The notes under the pieces were generated by a model. It saw only the letters and a program-made list of their open reading frames with translations, searched no databases and was not told the origin of the DNA. The translations under genes and the position numbers were made by a program. A stretch of DNA of 64,000 nucleotides from positions 211,301 to 275,300 of the IMG/VR virus record IMGVR_UViG_3300020122_000238; one strand, 5' to 3'. The first letter of the stretch is position 1, and the number at the start of each line of letters is the position of its first letter. Of the stretch, positions 46,891 to 56,727 are shown in pieces.

Positions 46891-47298
46891 TTACACCGGG
46901 TCGTTGATCCCCAACGCGGCCCTCTCTGCCGAATCGAGCTTGGCGAGTGCTCTCTGACGCACCTGCTCCACGGACATGATGCGAGGCAGCACAATGACCG
47001 GCTCCCCGATCTTGATGATGTGCCCGACCATTCCCTCATCCAACAAAACGCGGACCGAACGGACAAATCCCGTACCCCCAGCCACACCTCTGCCCCGCGC
47101 AAATTCCAGCGCCGTGCTCTCATCTTCGGTGACGCAAATGTGGTAGGTCCCCTGGGTTGCGGGGGTACGGCATCCACGTACCTCGAAGGCGTCGATGATA
47201 CGCACAAGATGTGGGAGCGGAGGAGGGGGGGGCAGAATGGTCATGGAGGATGGGGGGGAGACCTCTGTCTCTCGGTCTGAATAATCTTCGTCCAACAT
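46891..47298 (-). CDS. hypothetical protein
   Basis: GGGAGGA Shine-Dalgarno; acidic then Pro-rich N-terminus. Confidence 0.7.
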   Translation of the reverse strand: MLDEDYSDRETEVSPPSSMTILPPPPPLPHLVRIIDAFEVRGCRTPATQGTYHICVTEDESTALEFARGRGVAGGTGFVRSVRVLLDEGMVGHIIKIGEPVIVLPRIMSVEQVRQRALAKLDSAERAALGINDPV

Positions 47299-47391
47299 AA
47301 ATCCTCCCTGTACCCTACACCCAAGACAGAAAATCCTGGACGTCGAATTTCTAACACAGCCAAAAAGTCTGGCATGGTGTAAAATAAACCC

Positions 47392-48135
47392 ATGAGCGTC
47401 AACGACATTTACAGGGACTACCTTCGAGCGGCTTCCAGGACCAACGAAACCGTCTACCTCCGCAAGGTATATGCGTGGTTGACTGTGGGCCTGATGCTCA
47501 CATCCGGCGCGGCTTGGTACTCCTTGACGGGCTTTGGTGAGAGGCTCCTGGTTCAGGGCGACAAGCAGGCGATGGTCCCGAACCTCGTCGCCGACATGGA
47601 GGCGCATCCCTTCATGGCCATCGGGATGTTCTTCGCCCTCGGCCTCGGAGCCATGATCTTCAGCCGTACGAAGGGGCTGAACGCGGTGCTCTTCTTCAGC
47701 TTCTCGGCGTTCTCGGGGGCCTTTATCGGGCCGTCACTCTTCATCGCCCAGCTCTCCGCGAGCCACGGCCACACGCTCAGCCCGAATCCCATCCTCCATG
47801 CTGGGGTGCTCACCGTGAGTGCCTTCGTCGGGCTCACCACCTACGTCTTGACGACGCGGAAGGACTTCTCCGCCTGGGGGGGCTTCTTGATGTCTGGGCT
47901 CTTCGTTCTCATCGCGGCTGGCATCCTTGGGCTCTTCGTCCAGGCTGAGGTCTTCCACCTGGCCGTTGCAAGCGCGGGTGTCTTCATCTTCCTCGGGTAC
48001 ATCCTCTATGACACGTCGAAGATTCTCCTGAAGTCGGACTACAGCGATCCGATCGGGGACGCGTTGAACCTCTACCTGGACGTCCTCAACCTCTTCCTGA
48101 ACTTGCTGCGGATCTTCGCCTCGTCCAAGGACTGA
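47392..48135 (+). CDS. Bax inhibitor-1 / YccA family membrane protein
   Basis: YLRKVY, seven TM segments, RKDFS, YILYDTSKI, ALNLYLDVLNLFLNLLRIF. Confidence 0.9.
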   Translation: MSVNDIYRDYLRAASRTNETVYLRKVYAWLTVGLMLTSGAAWYSLTGFGERLLVQGDKQAMVPNLVADMEAHPFMAIGMFFALGLGAMIFSRTKGLNAVLFFSFSAFSGAFIGPSLFIAQLSASHGHTLSPNPILHAGVLTVSAFVGLTTYVLTTRKDFSAWGGFLMSGLFVLIAAGILGLFVQAEVFHLAVASAGVFIFLGYILYDTSKILLKSDYSDPIGDALNLYLDVLNLFLNLLRIFASSKD

Positions 48136-48138
48136 GTC

Positions 48139-48613
48139 ATGGAAGACGTCGACCTGGACTCCGATTGGGCCGTTTTGAAGGGAGAGCCGGACAGGCTCTC
48201 CCTTCGTGGCGACAGGCGATTGGGACAAGCCCAGCGCGATCTGGCTCGTCGAGTGTACAGGCAGTACTAAAGAGTGCTGGCACATCGCGAACCCCAAGCT
48301 GGTATGGGTCGAGTCCAGCCCTCTCTTGGACACGCCCAAAAACGCGGAGTACATTCGCCGATACCATCTCGGGGGTGTGCAAACCACAACAGGGCGTTGT
48401 AGCAAGGATTCAGCTACGTTCACTATGGCAGAGGCGCACACCCTGATTCGCCGGAGTCGAGTCGGGCATCTGAATCGTATCAAAGAAGAGATCAAGACGG
48501 TTGAGATCGAGCAGGAAAGAGCGCTGCTCTTTCTGGAGTGGGCTCGCAATCGAGCCCGCGAGATCGTCGATGACCTCGAAGGTAACCCGTACCGCTCTTC
48601 CCCACCTCCCTAA
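48139..48613 (+). pseudogene. N-tagged hypothetical gene with apparent +1 frameshift near 48197
   Basis: MEDVDLDSDWAVLKGEPDRL; +1 frame continues PFVATGDWDKP... to 48613. Confidence 0.55.
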
Positions 48614-49248
48614 TCGTACGACTGTCGAGACTTCACCCGCATACTGGCTTCCCAGGCCAGATGAAGCGCCAAGAGGCTAATGTTCAACGCGAACATAAGG
48701 CCCATAGCCGCGGGCCAATTCGCAAAGTAATACCCCCCAAGCACCGCGGTTTCCGCTGACAGGTATGCCATAATGGCCTGTTCGGTGAGCCCCAACCAGC
48801 ACTTCCCTCTCCAGAGTGCCCGGCCGATATAGAACCAGCCCACGCCTATGCTGACGGCCTGGACCACTGCATATACCCAGAAGCTCGCTGAGTAGGGATA
48901 TCCGAGAGCGATTGCCAGAGTGACCCATAGGCACACTTCTGGTGTAATCCAACTCCACTTCTTTCGGATCGTGCGTATGACAGTCACGCAGAGCCCGACT
49001 GGGAGCGAGAGGAACGAGACCTCGTCGAGAATGAACATCAGGCCTCGATGGGGTCTCGTCATTTCGAGAGGGACCCTACCAAAATCAACGAGGGCCACCC
49101 AGAGGGCGTAGTACGCGAGAGGTTTATGGAAAGGCGCCTTCTTGGCGTGACTGAACGCCAAGAAGGCGACCCCCCCTTGCATGGCATACCCCACCCAAGC
49201 GAGCCACGTAAGGGGCATGAAAGTATCAGGTCTTGGGAACGGGAGCAC
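48610..49248 (-). CDS. multi-pass membrane protein
   Basis: About 7 hydrophobic segments. Confidence 0.75.
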   Translation of the reverse strand: MLPFPRPDTFMPLTWLAWVGYAMQGGVAFLAFSHAKKAPFHKPLAYYALWVALVDFGRVPLEMTRPHRGLMFILDEVSFLSLPVGLCVTVIRTIRKKWSWITPEVCLWVTLAIALGYPYSASFWVYAVVQAVSIGVGWFYIGRALWRGKCWLGLTEQAIMAYLSAETAVLGGYYFANWPAAMGLMFALNISLLALHLAWEASMRVKSRQSYD

Positions 49249-49429
49249 CCAGAACGGCGGGGTCGATCAGCTCGATCGCCTTCGTAGCGACCGCTCGCCA
49301 CGCGTTCTTGGTGCTAACGTCGAGCTTTTCCCACGTGATGTACGTGGTTTCTCCACGTGTGGCAAGCGACGTCTTCCAGAGTTCTTCAGCGACACGATCG
49401 GGCGGCGGGGGCGGGGATGTAAAACCCAT
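49226..49429 (-). CDS. hypothetical protein
   Basis: 67-aa ORF from MGFTSPPP. Confidence 0.55.
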   Translation of the reverse strand: MGFTSPPPPPDRVAEELWKTSLATRGETTYITWEKLDVSTKNAWRAVATKAIELIDPAVLGAPVPKT

Positions 49430-49578
49430 GGTTGATCTCCTCCTAGAGATGACTCTCAGGAATAATAAGAGAAACCCCACAGGAAAACCCTTACGCTCTG
49501 GGGACAGCACGATTATTACCGTGTCGGTGGAATACACGCGGCGGTTGATCGGGAGCAGTTGGGGGTGTACTAGGAACC

Positions 49579-49896
49579 ATGCCCAACCATTTCGAAACCT
49601 GCATGTCCGACGCCATCGCTTCCCTGCGGAATCTCAGCCGAGACGCGAAGGAGACCAAACCCATCCTCGCCTGTCAGGCAGGGCTGATCTCCTACATGCT
49701 GATGGCCGCCGACTACCCGTTCTGCATCGCGGCGGCCATTCACTCCGGGCTGGACACCCTGGCGCCGTACGAGGAGTTCATGGTGGAAGGCGACCCGATG
49801 ATCGAACGAGAGCGCCCGACCGAGCTGACCAACATCGCGTGCCACGCTGTCACCGCGCTCCTCCGCCTCGCAGACACCCTCACCAAGATCGATTGA
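49579..49896 (+). CDS. hypothetical protein
   Basis: TTGATC and GGTGTA upstream. Confidence 0.75.
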   Translation: MPNHFETCMSDAIASLRNLSRDAKETKPILACQAGLISYMLMAADYPFCIAAAIHSGLDTLAPYEEFMVEGDPMIERERPTELTNIACHAVTALLRLADTLTKID

Positions 49897-49907
49897 TAGG
49901 AGACCCC

Positions 49908-50195
49908 ATGCTTCACCTGCACACCGAAAAAGCTCTTGCTGTTGCACGCACGGAGCTGGGCAAGCTCTTCGCTTCGACGAAGAACTACGGAGCTTCTGTC
50001 TTCGCACGACGGGTTGGGCTCCTTGCGACCGACCTGGAACGGGCGGGGAGCTTCGGGCACGTCAACGAACTTCCGTTACTCGTCGATCGTGGGCTCGATC
50101 TCATGACCGGATTCATGGGTAAGTCGTTCATGACGGAGAACACTCTCGGGCTCTCCAAAGAAGAGTTCGACATCTTGTTTGGAGGATGGCATTGA
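49908..50195 (+). CDS. hypothetical protein
   Basis: AGGAG Shine-Dalgarno. Confidence 0.7.
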   Translation: MLHLHTEKALAVARTELGKLFASTKNYGASVFARRVGLLATDLERAGSFGHVNELPLLVDRGLDLMTGFMGKSFMTENTLGLSKEEFDILFGGWH

Positions 50196-50295
50196 TGGGC
50201 AGACCTACCAGGCTGCTCGTGCCCTCATGCTCCTTGCCGACGAACTCATCACGCTCTGAGGTTGATCCCGGCTTCGGCGTACCTGTAGTACCCCC

Positions 50296-50661
50296 ATGAA
50301 GCACTACTGGAAGTTCCCCGCCGACCTACCCGAAGACGCTGCGGAAGGTATCGCAACGTGCCAACACTGTGGCGCTCTAATGAAGGTCGACGTTGGGCCT
50401 CAAGGCGGATCACGGTCGCACTACAGGTGGTCCCTCGACGCTGATTGGGGAGCGAAGAAGCTGGGGAACTGCCCCGGATCGGCGAAGATCAAGATTTCCC
50501 TCGTTCGTATCGGTCAAGCCTACATTAGGGGGATCGTGGAGACCAAGGGGGAGCGCTACGGCTACGAGATGAACAACGTGGCTCGCTGCGATGTGATCAT
50601 CACCCCGTGGGACATTCGAGCCAAGTGGGAGAAGTACCCCACAAATTTCACCAAGCTGTGA
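50296..50661 (+). CDS. hypothetical protein (CxxC)
   Basis: Class A motif at 50262-50287. Confidence 0.7.
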   Translation: MKHYWKFPADLPEDAAEGIATCQHCGALMKVDVGPQGGSRSHYRWSLDADWGAKKLGNCPGSAKIKISLVRIGQAYIRGIVETKGERYGYEMNNVARCDVIITPWDIRAKWEKYPTNFTKL

Positions 50662-50664
50662 GAG

Positions 50665-50847
50665 ATGATGGGACGCTTCAGCACCATCCTGGAGGCCCAA
50701 GTTCTGGGTCATACCCTATGGTGCACCCACTGGGAGCTTGGCCTGGTTGACGTCGCGGTCTTCAAGAAGGGGCACATCCTCTGGCGACCCTTCGGAGACG
50801 TCAAACCACGCACAGCGTGGTTTGTGCTCGACAACGACGACTTCTAA
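50665..50847 (+). CDS. small protein with C-terminal tag
   Basis: Ends PRTAWFVLDNDDF. Confidence 0.65.
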   Translation: MMGRFSTILEAQVLGHTLWCTHWELGLVDVAVFKKGHILWRPFGDVKPRTAWFVLDNDDF

Positions 50848-51266
50848 CGACGAAAGCGATCCCCCAAAGAAAACGTCAGGGGGATCGCTTTCGTCGTTTT
50901 GCCTCGGTCCCCACGCGGGGGTTTCGCCGTGTACCCCGGAACGAGCTTCGCCCGCTCTTGCCCCAGAATGCTCAAGAGGTTCCTGCGAACGTGCTCCTCG
51001 GAGTCCTCGGGGTGAACCACAAGCACAGGGATGTTGGGATGCTTCTTCTTGAACTCTTGGGCCCGCTTCCAGCTCGACTTGACTTGAACCTTCAGGATGC
51101 CGGCGTCGAGGACCACCACGAGGTCAATTCCTTGGTGGTCCTCTTCTTGTGTTGCACGCCGTACTGAATGCACCCATGATGGCATCCTGTTGGGACACAC
51201 CTCAAAACAGAGCGACGCGAGAAGCTCTGCCGTCTCGCCCATGACCTGTCCCGCACGTCCTGTCAT
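50844..51266 (-). CDS. PD-(D/E)XK nuclease-like protein
   Basis: GETAE...DHQGIDLVV...KVQVKSS; GGTGTA-N11-ATG. Confidence 0.6.
   Translation of the reverse strand: MTGRAGQVMGETAELLASLCFEVCPNRMPSWVHSVRRATQEEDHQGIDLVVVLDAGILKVQVKSSWKRAQEFKKKHPNIPVLVVHPEDSEEHVRRNLLSILGQERAKLVPGYTAKPPRGDRGKTTKAIPLTFSLGDRFRR
50846..50898. repeat. 20-bp inverted repeat at convergent junction (terminator-like)
   Basis: AACGACGAAAGCGATCCCCC / GGGGGATCGCTTTCGTCGTT, 13-nt loop. Confidence 0.85.
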
Positions 51267-51319
51267 CCTCTTGCCACTACACCAGTTGATCCGCGGCCCC
51301 CCAACCTTGTAGAAAAGCC

Positions 51320-52039
51320 ATGCCTTCCGATGAAGAGTACAGCCGTGAAGATTGGATGCGAGGCGTACCCCCACCTGGAACGGCCCCCGTTGTGCCTCCT
51401 GTGACCACGTACACATACGGAGTTGGCCTTGGGGATGAGAACCAGCTCATTCCGTTCCTGGTTCGTACTGGAAGACCCACACCCGGTGACGTGGTCGAGG
51501 TCCTCGAACAGCACGATATGGAAGGGAAGGCCTCGGAAGCTGCCGCCCAAAGGAACGCGCTCCTCAAGAAGTACCGATGGGCTCTCGCCGAAGTCCGACA
51601 AGACCAAACCGACAAGCACAAGTCCCGGGCAAGCCTGGCTCTGGAGCAACAGCGGTCTGAGGAGGCCCGGCGTCTGGAGGAAGAACGCTGGCAGAAGCAA
51701 CAAGCCGAACGACAGATCCAGCTCAGAGCGGCTCGGAAGCTGGAGATTGGCCGTGTGGCTGCTCACTCGGATGGGCAGTCGATCCACATGGCCATCTTGC
51801 TGGACGTTGAAGACGAGTGCCTTGCGCTCTTCTTGACCTCTAGGCCGGGCTGGGCTCGTCAGTATCGGGAGATGACGGCAGATGAGCGGGCTCTCTGTGG
51901 GATGAGCGCCCGGAACAGGACCACCTATCTGGCCCCGGTCATTCGTCCTTGGGACACGTTCTCGATGACCCCCAAGCAGTTTCCAGAGTCGCGAGTCATC
52001 GAGCTGCGCGAGGAATTCAAGCGAGAATATGCCGACTGA
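51320..52039 (+). CDS. hypothetical coiled-coil protein
   Basis: Class A motif at 51286-51311. Confidence 0.75.
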   Translation: MPSDEEYSREDWMRGVPPPGTAPVVPPVTTYTYGVGLGDENQLIPFLVRTGRPTPGDVVEVLEQHDMEGKASEAAAQRNALLKKYRWALAEVRQDQTDKHKSRASLALEQQRSEEARRLEEERWQKQQAERQIQLRAARKLEIGRVAAHSDGQSIHMAILLDVEDECLALFLTSRPGWARQYREMTADERALCGMSARNRTTYLAPVIRPWDTFSMTPKQFPESRVIELREEFKREYAD

Positions 52040-52567
52040 TCAGCGGCACTCAGGAGATCCGAACGACCCGTCCGAGTTGCAGCACGATGTACAGGTCATG
52101 CCCTCGGGGCAGAAGATCTGATCGTCGTCCGCGCAGTAGGACCCGCCCTGGCACGTCGTGCTGTAGTAGTCCGAGCAGACCGCGGGAGGGGGCTGGCCGT
52201 CGTCCACGCAGGCGTAGAAATCGTCAAAGCAGGCGATGATCATCGCCACCTTGCAGTCCGTGTCGGGGACTTGTTGGGGGCTCTGGCAGAAGTTCGAGCC
52301 GCACTCCGGCTGGGCACAGATGCAGGACAGAGCAGCATCGAAGACACCCTGCGAGGCCTCACAAAGCACCCGCGGAGGCCCAAAGTCCTCGCCAATGGTG
52401 CCGAGCACGCCCGCGCAGAAGTCGCACTCGACAGGGGCTCCCCCTGTCCCTCCCGTACCGCCCATGCCTCCCGAGCAGAGAGCCTGGGAGTGCTCTGCTA
52501 CAGGTTCGATCGAGCTACAAGAGGCGAGGATACCGACGAGAATTGAGATGGAAATGAGCTTGTTCAT
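52040..52567 (-). CDS. Cys-rich lipoprotein
   Basis: ILASC lipobox-like, GGMGGTGGTGG, about 14 Cys. Confidence 0.75.
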   Translation of the reverse strand: MNKLISISILVGILASCSSIEPVAEHSQALCSGGMGGTGGTGGAPVECDFCAGVLGTIGEDFGPPRVLCEASQGVFDAALSCICAQPECGSNFCQSPQQVPDTDCKVAMIIACFDDFYACVDDGQPPPAVCSDYYSTTCQGGSYCADDDQIFCPEGMTCTSCCNSDGSFGSPECR

Positions 52568-52631
52568 ACCCCAAGTCCTGTATAAAAAGAACTGCGGCCC
52601 CCAGTAGGGCTCTTATGATCCTCTCTGAGTG

Positions 52632-53348
52632 ATGTACTCCTACGACCGACGGGCTAACGTGAAGATGTCTCCCTGGATCTGGAAGCTGTTCGACAAGATC
52701 GCCCAAGTACGCAAATCGAAGATCGACGAGTGGGTGAAAGAGGCGGCCGAGAGCGTCTACACGGGCGAAGACCTCGTTCGAGACAACCCGAACGACTCGG
52801 ATGAGGAGCTGGCGAAACGGGCCATGTCGTCCCTGGAAATCAATTGGGACGACATCATCAAGGACGAGACCCCTCGCATCGCCAAGTGGGTCAACCACGT
52901 CCTCTCGCAGGTCAGTGGCTCTCTTGCCCTCGACGATGACTCCTACGCGGACATCAACGTTGACGGTAAAACGTTGACGGTCGAGACGCAGGCTACTGGG
53001 GCCATGTACGAATACGACCCCAACGACTACCTCTCTCGAACCGAAGTGCCTGCCCTGAGCGACATGCACAACAAGGAAATCGAAGCGAAGTTTGAATCTA
53101 CAGGGGCCGATGTCGATGTTCGGTGGTCCCTGGAGAAGCACGCCACCTACGACGCAGACGAAGTGATCTACAAGATCAAGCTCAAATGGGCATACGACTC
53201 GAAAGAGCTGAGCCTGAAGTATGGGGCAGCGACGTTCGAGCACGCGTTCAAGGCCAAGCTGCCGGAGTTCCGGGCGGAGGTCGCGGCGAACCCGCGATCG
53301 CCTACTCCGGTGGGACCCGCTGTGAAGACACGCCGTCGTGGTCGTTAG
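52632..53348 (+). CDS. acidic hypothetical protein
   Basis: 239-aa ORF, GC3-rich. Confidence 0.75.
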   Translation: MYSYDRRANVKMSPWIWKLFDKIAQVRKSKIDEWVKEAAESVYTGEDLVRDNPNDSDEELAKRAMSSLEINWDDIIKDETPRIAKWVNHVLSQVSGSLALDDDSYADINVDGKTLTVETQATGAMYEYDPNDYLSRTEVPALSDMHNKEIEAKFESTGADVDVRWSLEKHATYDADEVIYKIKLKWAYDSKELSLKYGAATFEHAFKAKLPEFRAEVAANPRSPTPVGPAVKTRRRGR

Positions 53349-53575
53349 GCCATCCCCTGGATCCCATGAGCGTCCAAGTAGTCGAGACGCTCAACAGCTC
53401 GTGTAGCCGTTCGCTTGACGATTTCGGCCGAGCTAGGGTCCGAGAGAATCTCTTGAAATATGACTCGAAGCCTCGCTCGTCCCTTCGGCGAGGCCTGAGC
53501 TTCATAAACGAGCCGACTGATATCCTCCAAGACAGTCATCAGAACTTCTCCGGATGGGGGTCCCAAGATGGCCAT
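53345..53575 (-). CDS. hypothetical protein
   Basis: 76-aa ORF. Confidence 0.55.
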   Translation of the reverse strand: MAILGPPSGEVLMTVLEDISRLVYEAQASPKGRARLRVIFQEILSDPSSAEIVKRTATRAVERLDYLDAHGIQGMA

Positions 53576-53964
53576 TCGCTATCGTAGGGGCGAGAGGGTG
53601 CTTCGTAGCCAGTCTCCCATCGAGTCATGGCCTCTCGGAAGACTTCTTCGTCAACGCCCTCCTCAGGGATCCAGAGCATCCATATGCGAAGACGTTCTTG
53701 AGCTTTGTGGGACATCGTTTTCCACTTCGCGGGAGTCCCCGCACAACCGTTGGGGGGCAAGCGGTCGATTGGCTTCGGGGTGAAGGGTCCTTGAATGACT
53801 CCCGCGACCCAAACGATATGCCGTCGACAATTGAGGCAAACGAAGAGGTGCTTGGTTGTCCACTGATAGGTCTTCTCTCGCAAGAATTGCCACTTGTGGG
53901 GGTCGCCAATCAGCTCCTCGGGCTTGTGCTCGGGCAATTGATCATCGTCCAAATCGTCAGTCAT
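53539..53964 (-). CDS. hypothetical protein (CLNC)
   Basis: ATGA-coupled to upstream small ORF. Confidence 0.6.
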   Translation of the reverse strand: MTDDLDDDQLPEHKPEELIGDPHKWQFLREKTYQWTTKHLFVCLNCRRHIVWVAGVIQGPFTPKPIDRLPPNGCAGTPAKWKTMSHKAQERLRIWMLWIPEEGVDEEVFREAMTRWETGYEAPSRPYDSEWPSWDPHPEKF

Positions 53965-54137
53965 AGAGTTGGCACGTAGATGAATCGTTTGAACTGCACG
54001 CACCACTTGCAGACCCAGAGAGCGCCGCTCTTGACCCAACCCTCTTTCGGTTGATGTCCTGGAGCCGTGCTAGCCCCTGTGGGGGCAAAGCGACGCTTCT
54101 TCTTGCAGACAGGGCACTTCTTGCTGAAGGAACCCAT
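53961..54137 (-). CDS. small zinc-ribbon protein (58 aa, not in ORF track)
   Basis: KCPVC...VCKWC. Confidence 0.5.
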   Translation of the reverse strand: MGSFSKKCPVCKKKRRFAPTGASTAPGHQPKEGWVKSGALWVCKWCVQFKRFIYVPTL

Positions 54138-54226
54138 GGGATCAATCTCTATGTACCTTGATCCACGTGAGATGAATTTTGATCCACGTGTGTTGAATTT
54201 TAACCCACCTTTTACACATGCTAACC

Positions 54227-54793
54227 TCAGCTTCTTCTCGGCAAGCCCATAGACTCCAGGACCTTAAACGCAGACTCTTTGCTCGGATCCTTCCGAAGAA
54301 GGAAGCGGGGACGATACTTCCCGTCGGGCCATTTCACGAGTTCGGTCCAGACGTCGACATGCCTGGCGAACATCTCGCTCTTCAAGTTCGTGTAGAGGAC
54401 CACCTGTCTACCTTCATCTCCCGTCCACGTGTGCAGAGGAAGCATCACGAAGTAGACACCACCCTTGAAGTGGTCGTAGACCCCCGCGACCACTTGCTGC
54501 GACCGAAGACTGTGGGCCCATCCCTCAGCACAACAGATGAGGAGGAGACGAATTTCCTCTTCATTTTTGACAGGCGGGGGAGGCACGAACGTTTCCCAGT
54601 TGGGGTTCAGCCATCCTGCGAAAGTAGCTCCCTGCGGAGGGAGCCCGCGATTCTCACCATGAGCAGCGGACCACTGATTGAACATGAGACCCACAGCCAT
54701 TTCGATGCCGTTGTGACCCATGCACTGGGTGTTCCCCTCATACCAGAGATCGACGATGCGTTTCCAGACGTTACGGATGCCGGGGGTTGCCAT
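54227..54793 (-). CDS. hypothetical protein
   Basis: GGTGTA-N9-ATG. Confidence 0.7.
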   Translation of the reverse strand: MATPGIRNVWKRIVDLWYEGNTQCMGHNGIEMAVGLMFNQWSAAHGENRGLPPQGATFAGWLNPNWETFVPPPPVKNEEEIRLLLICCAEGWAHSLRSQQVVAGVYDHFKGGVYFVMLPLHTWTGDEGRQVVLYTNLKSEMFARHVDVWTELVKWPDGKYRPRFLLRKDPSKESAFKVLESMGLPRRS

Positions 54794-54886
54794 GAGTAAG
54801 TAATACACCGGAGGGCATTTTTAGTCTCCTTGTATCGAACGTCTAACTAGAAGGTACACCTTCAACTTCGTCCCACAGGAGACTAC

Positions 54887-55288
54887 ATGAAAGGTTATGT
54901 ATACCCTTCAAATGCAACACCCCTCACTGATTCGCAATTAGCAGTAGTTGCTCTTGCATCTGACCGGTCACTCAAAGTGACCGTTGTAAGTGGGGGTGGA
55001 GGATCAACAGCAGCCACCACGGTTACCACGAGCGAAGTTACAGTGGATACCAGCTCGGCAGCCCTGAGCGGAGTCTACCCTCTTGGCGTTCAGTTGTACG
55101 CTGACGATACAAACACCGTGACCATCTTTCTTGGAGGAGAAGCGGTTACTACTTCTGGGGCTACCCGAGGGATGCCTTTGGCCCCTGGTAGTTTCTACAC
55201 ACCTCCTGACAGTATACAAGATCTCAGCAAACTCTTTGCTGTAGCTGCCTCAAATTCACAAAAACTTGTCATCCTGGGAGTCGTCTGA
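54887..55288 (+). CDS. possible virion-associated small protein
   Basis: AGGAG Shine-Dalgarno; Thr/Ser/Val-rich; AT-richer codons. Confidence 0.6.
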   Translation: MKGYVYPSNATPLTDSQLAVVALASDRSLKVTVVSGGGGSTAATTVTTSEVTVDTSSAALSGVYPLGVQLYADDTNTVTIFLGGEAVTTSGATRGMPLAPGSFYTPPDSIQDLSKLFAVAASNSQKLVILGVV

Positions 55289-56727
55289 TGAGCAACGGAA
55301 CTCTCAACCGAATCGTCCCCACCCTCCTCATCGCTGACCGTGCCGCACTGGCGGCACTCGTCGGCTATTCCAACGGCGAGATCGTCAGTACGATCTCGCC
55401 GCCTGCAACATGGCGGTTCCGCGTCACCCTGGCTTCGTCTCCTGATCCTCGGCGTGAGGTACGGGCCGGGGACGACTCTGGTACCTGGTTCAGGCATCTC
55501 GCTATCGGCGAGCCCGGAGGGAACACAATCCCCGAATGGTACATCAATGCCGACCTTGGCTCTGACGACAACCCAAGCGGCTCGGACGACAACCCACTCG
55601 CGAGCATTCAGGAAATGCTCTACCGTCTGGGGCAGCAACCGATCGACGGCTACAGTCCGTTCTTGTCTGACGTGGGTGGAATCGTCTACGTCTACCTGAA
55701 CGGCACCTTCTTCGATCCGCTTACGATAGACGTGAGTTTCGTGAACGATGGTGGGCTCGCCTTCGTCGGTAATCGTACTGTCCTCACGTCCCATACCATC
55801 TCGGCGGTCACCCCTTGGAACTCGGCAACAGGTGTCATCGGGTCCTACACGGTCTCTGGGACGGCACTGTCAACGAACGCCGCTGGGAAGTTCATGCGGA
55901 TTAGCGGAGGCGCCAGGCAGGGCAACAAGGCGCCCATCGCCAAGGTCATCACTGGGGGCGTCGGGGGTAGCTTCAGGGCCAACTGGGCCGATCAAGCCAC
56001 CAATGGCGGTGTCATTGAACCTCAAGTTGGAGACCCCGTCGACATCATCTATTGTACGGTCATTGCAGCGGATATCAGAATTCGTAGTGGTGTGGCCGGT
56101 ACTAATGGTGGGACGGTATACTTCGAGGCGTGTGAGCTGGGTATCGTGGGCCAAAACCACAGCGTCGTGGTCGAGTCTGGACAGGCCAGTTTCACCGCGT
56201 GCGTGGTCCACGGGCTCGACTTCTACGAGGGAGTGGTGAGCGGCTTGCTCAATACCTGCCTCGTGAACGAGTGCAGGTCGTACAGCTTTGTTGACGCTGC
56301 TGGAACCACATTCAAGTCCATCGGCGGCACTCCACTCTCGGCTCGTGGAGGAGGCATCATCAGAGTGTCAACACGATGTCTCGTGCAAGGTGGCGGTATA
56401 TCGGTCGGGCACGTGCAAGAGGGACCGGGGCACATCCGCTGCTTGAGTCCCATCGCCTGTGCCGACTACACCCCAAGCGCGGCCCTTGTCATGGCCGGGT
56501 CGTCCATCGTCCTCGATGACGTGCTGACAGCCCGAGACGCAGCTCCCGCGCCACTCGCGGTGCAAGTCATGTCGGGGGGTCAGTTTTTTTACGCTTCCAC
56601 CAAGGCTCCGGTCATCGTCGGAACCAACCCGACGAATGACTACAAGATTGGGGGCACATTCAAGGCAAAAGGTGCCATCCCCTACTTTGAAGTTCTCAAC
56701 GGTGCTGTTGTCGCGGTCAACCAGTAG
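55288..56727 (+). CDS. tail-fibre / beta-helix-like structural protein (putative)
   Basis: WYINADLGSDDN..G...PLASI motif; Gly/Val/Ser-rich. Confidence 0.5.
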   Translation: MSNGTLNRIVPTLLIADRAALAALVGYSNGEIVSTISPPATWRFRVTLASSPDPRREVRAGDDSGTWFRHLAIGEPGGNTIPEWYINADLGSDDNPSGSDDNPLASIQEMLYRLGQQPIDGYSPFLSDVGGIVYVYLNGTFFDPLTIDVSFVNDGGLAFVGNRTVLTSHTISAVTPWNSATGVIGSYTVSGTALSTNAAGKFMRISGGARQGNKAPIAKVITGGVGGSFRANWADQATNGGVIEPQVGDPVDIIYCTVIAADIRIRSGVAGTNGGTVYFEACELGIVGQNHSVVVESGQASFTACVVHGLDFYEGVVSGLLNTCLVNECRSYSFVDAAGTTFKSIGGTPLSARGGGIIRVSTRCLVQGGGISVGHVQEGPGHIRCLSPIACADYTPSAALVMAGSSIVLDDVLTARDAAPAPLAVQVMSGGQFFYASTKAPVIVGTNPTNDYKIGGTFKAKGAIPYFEVLNGAVVAVNQ

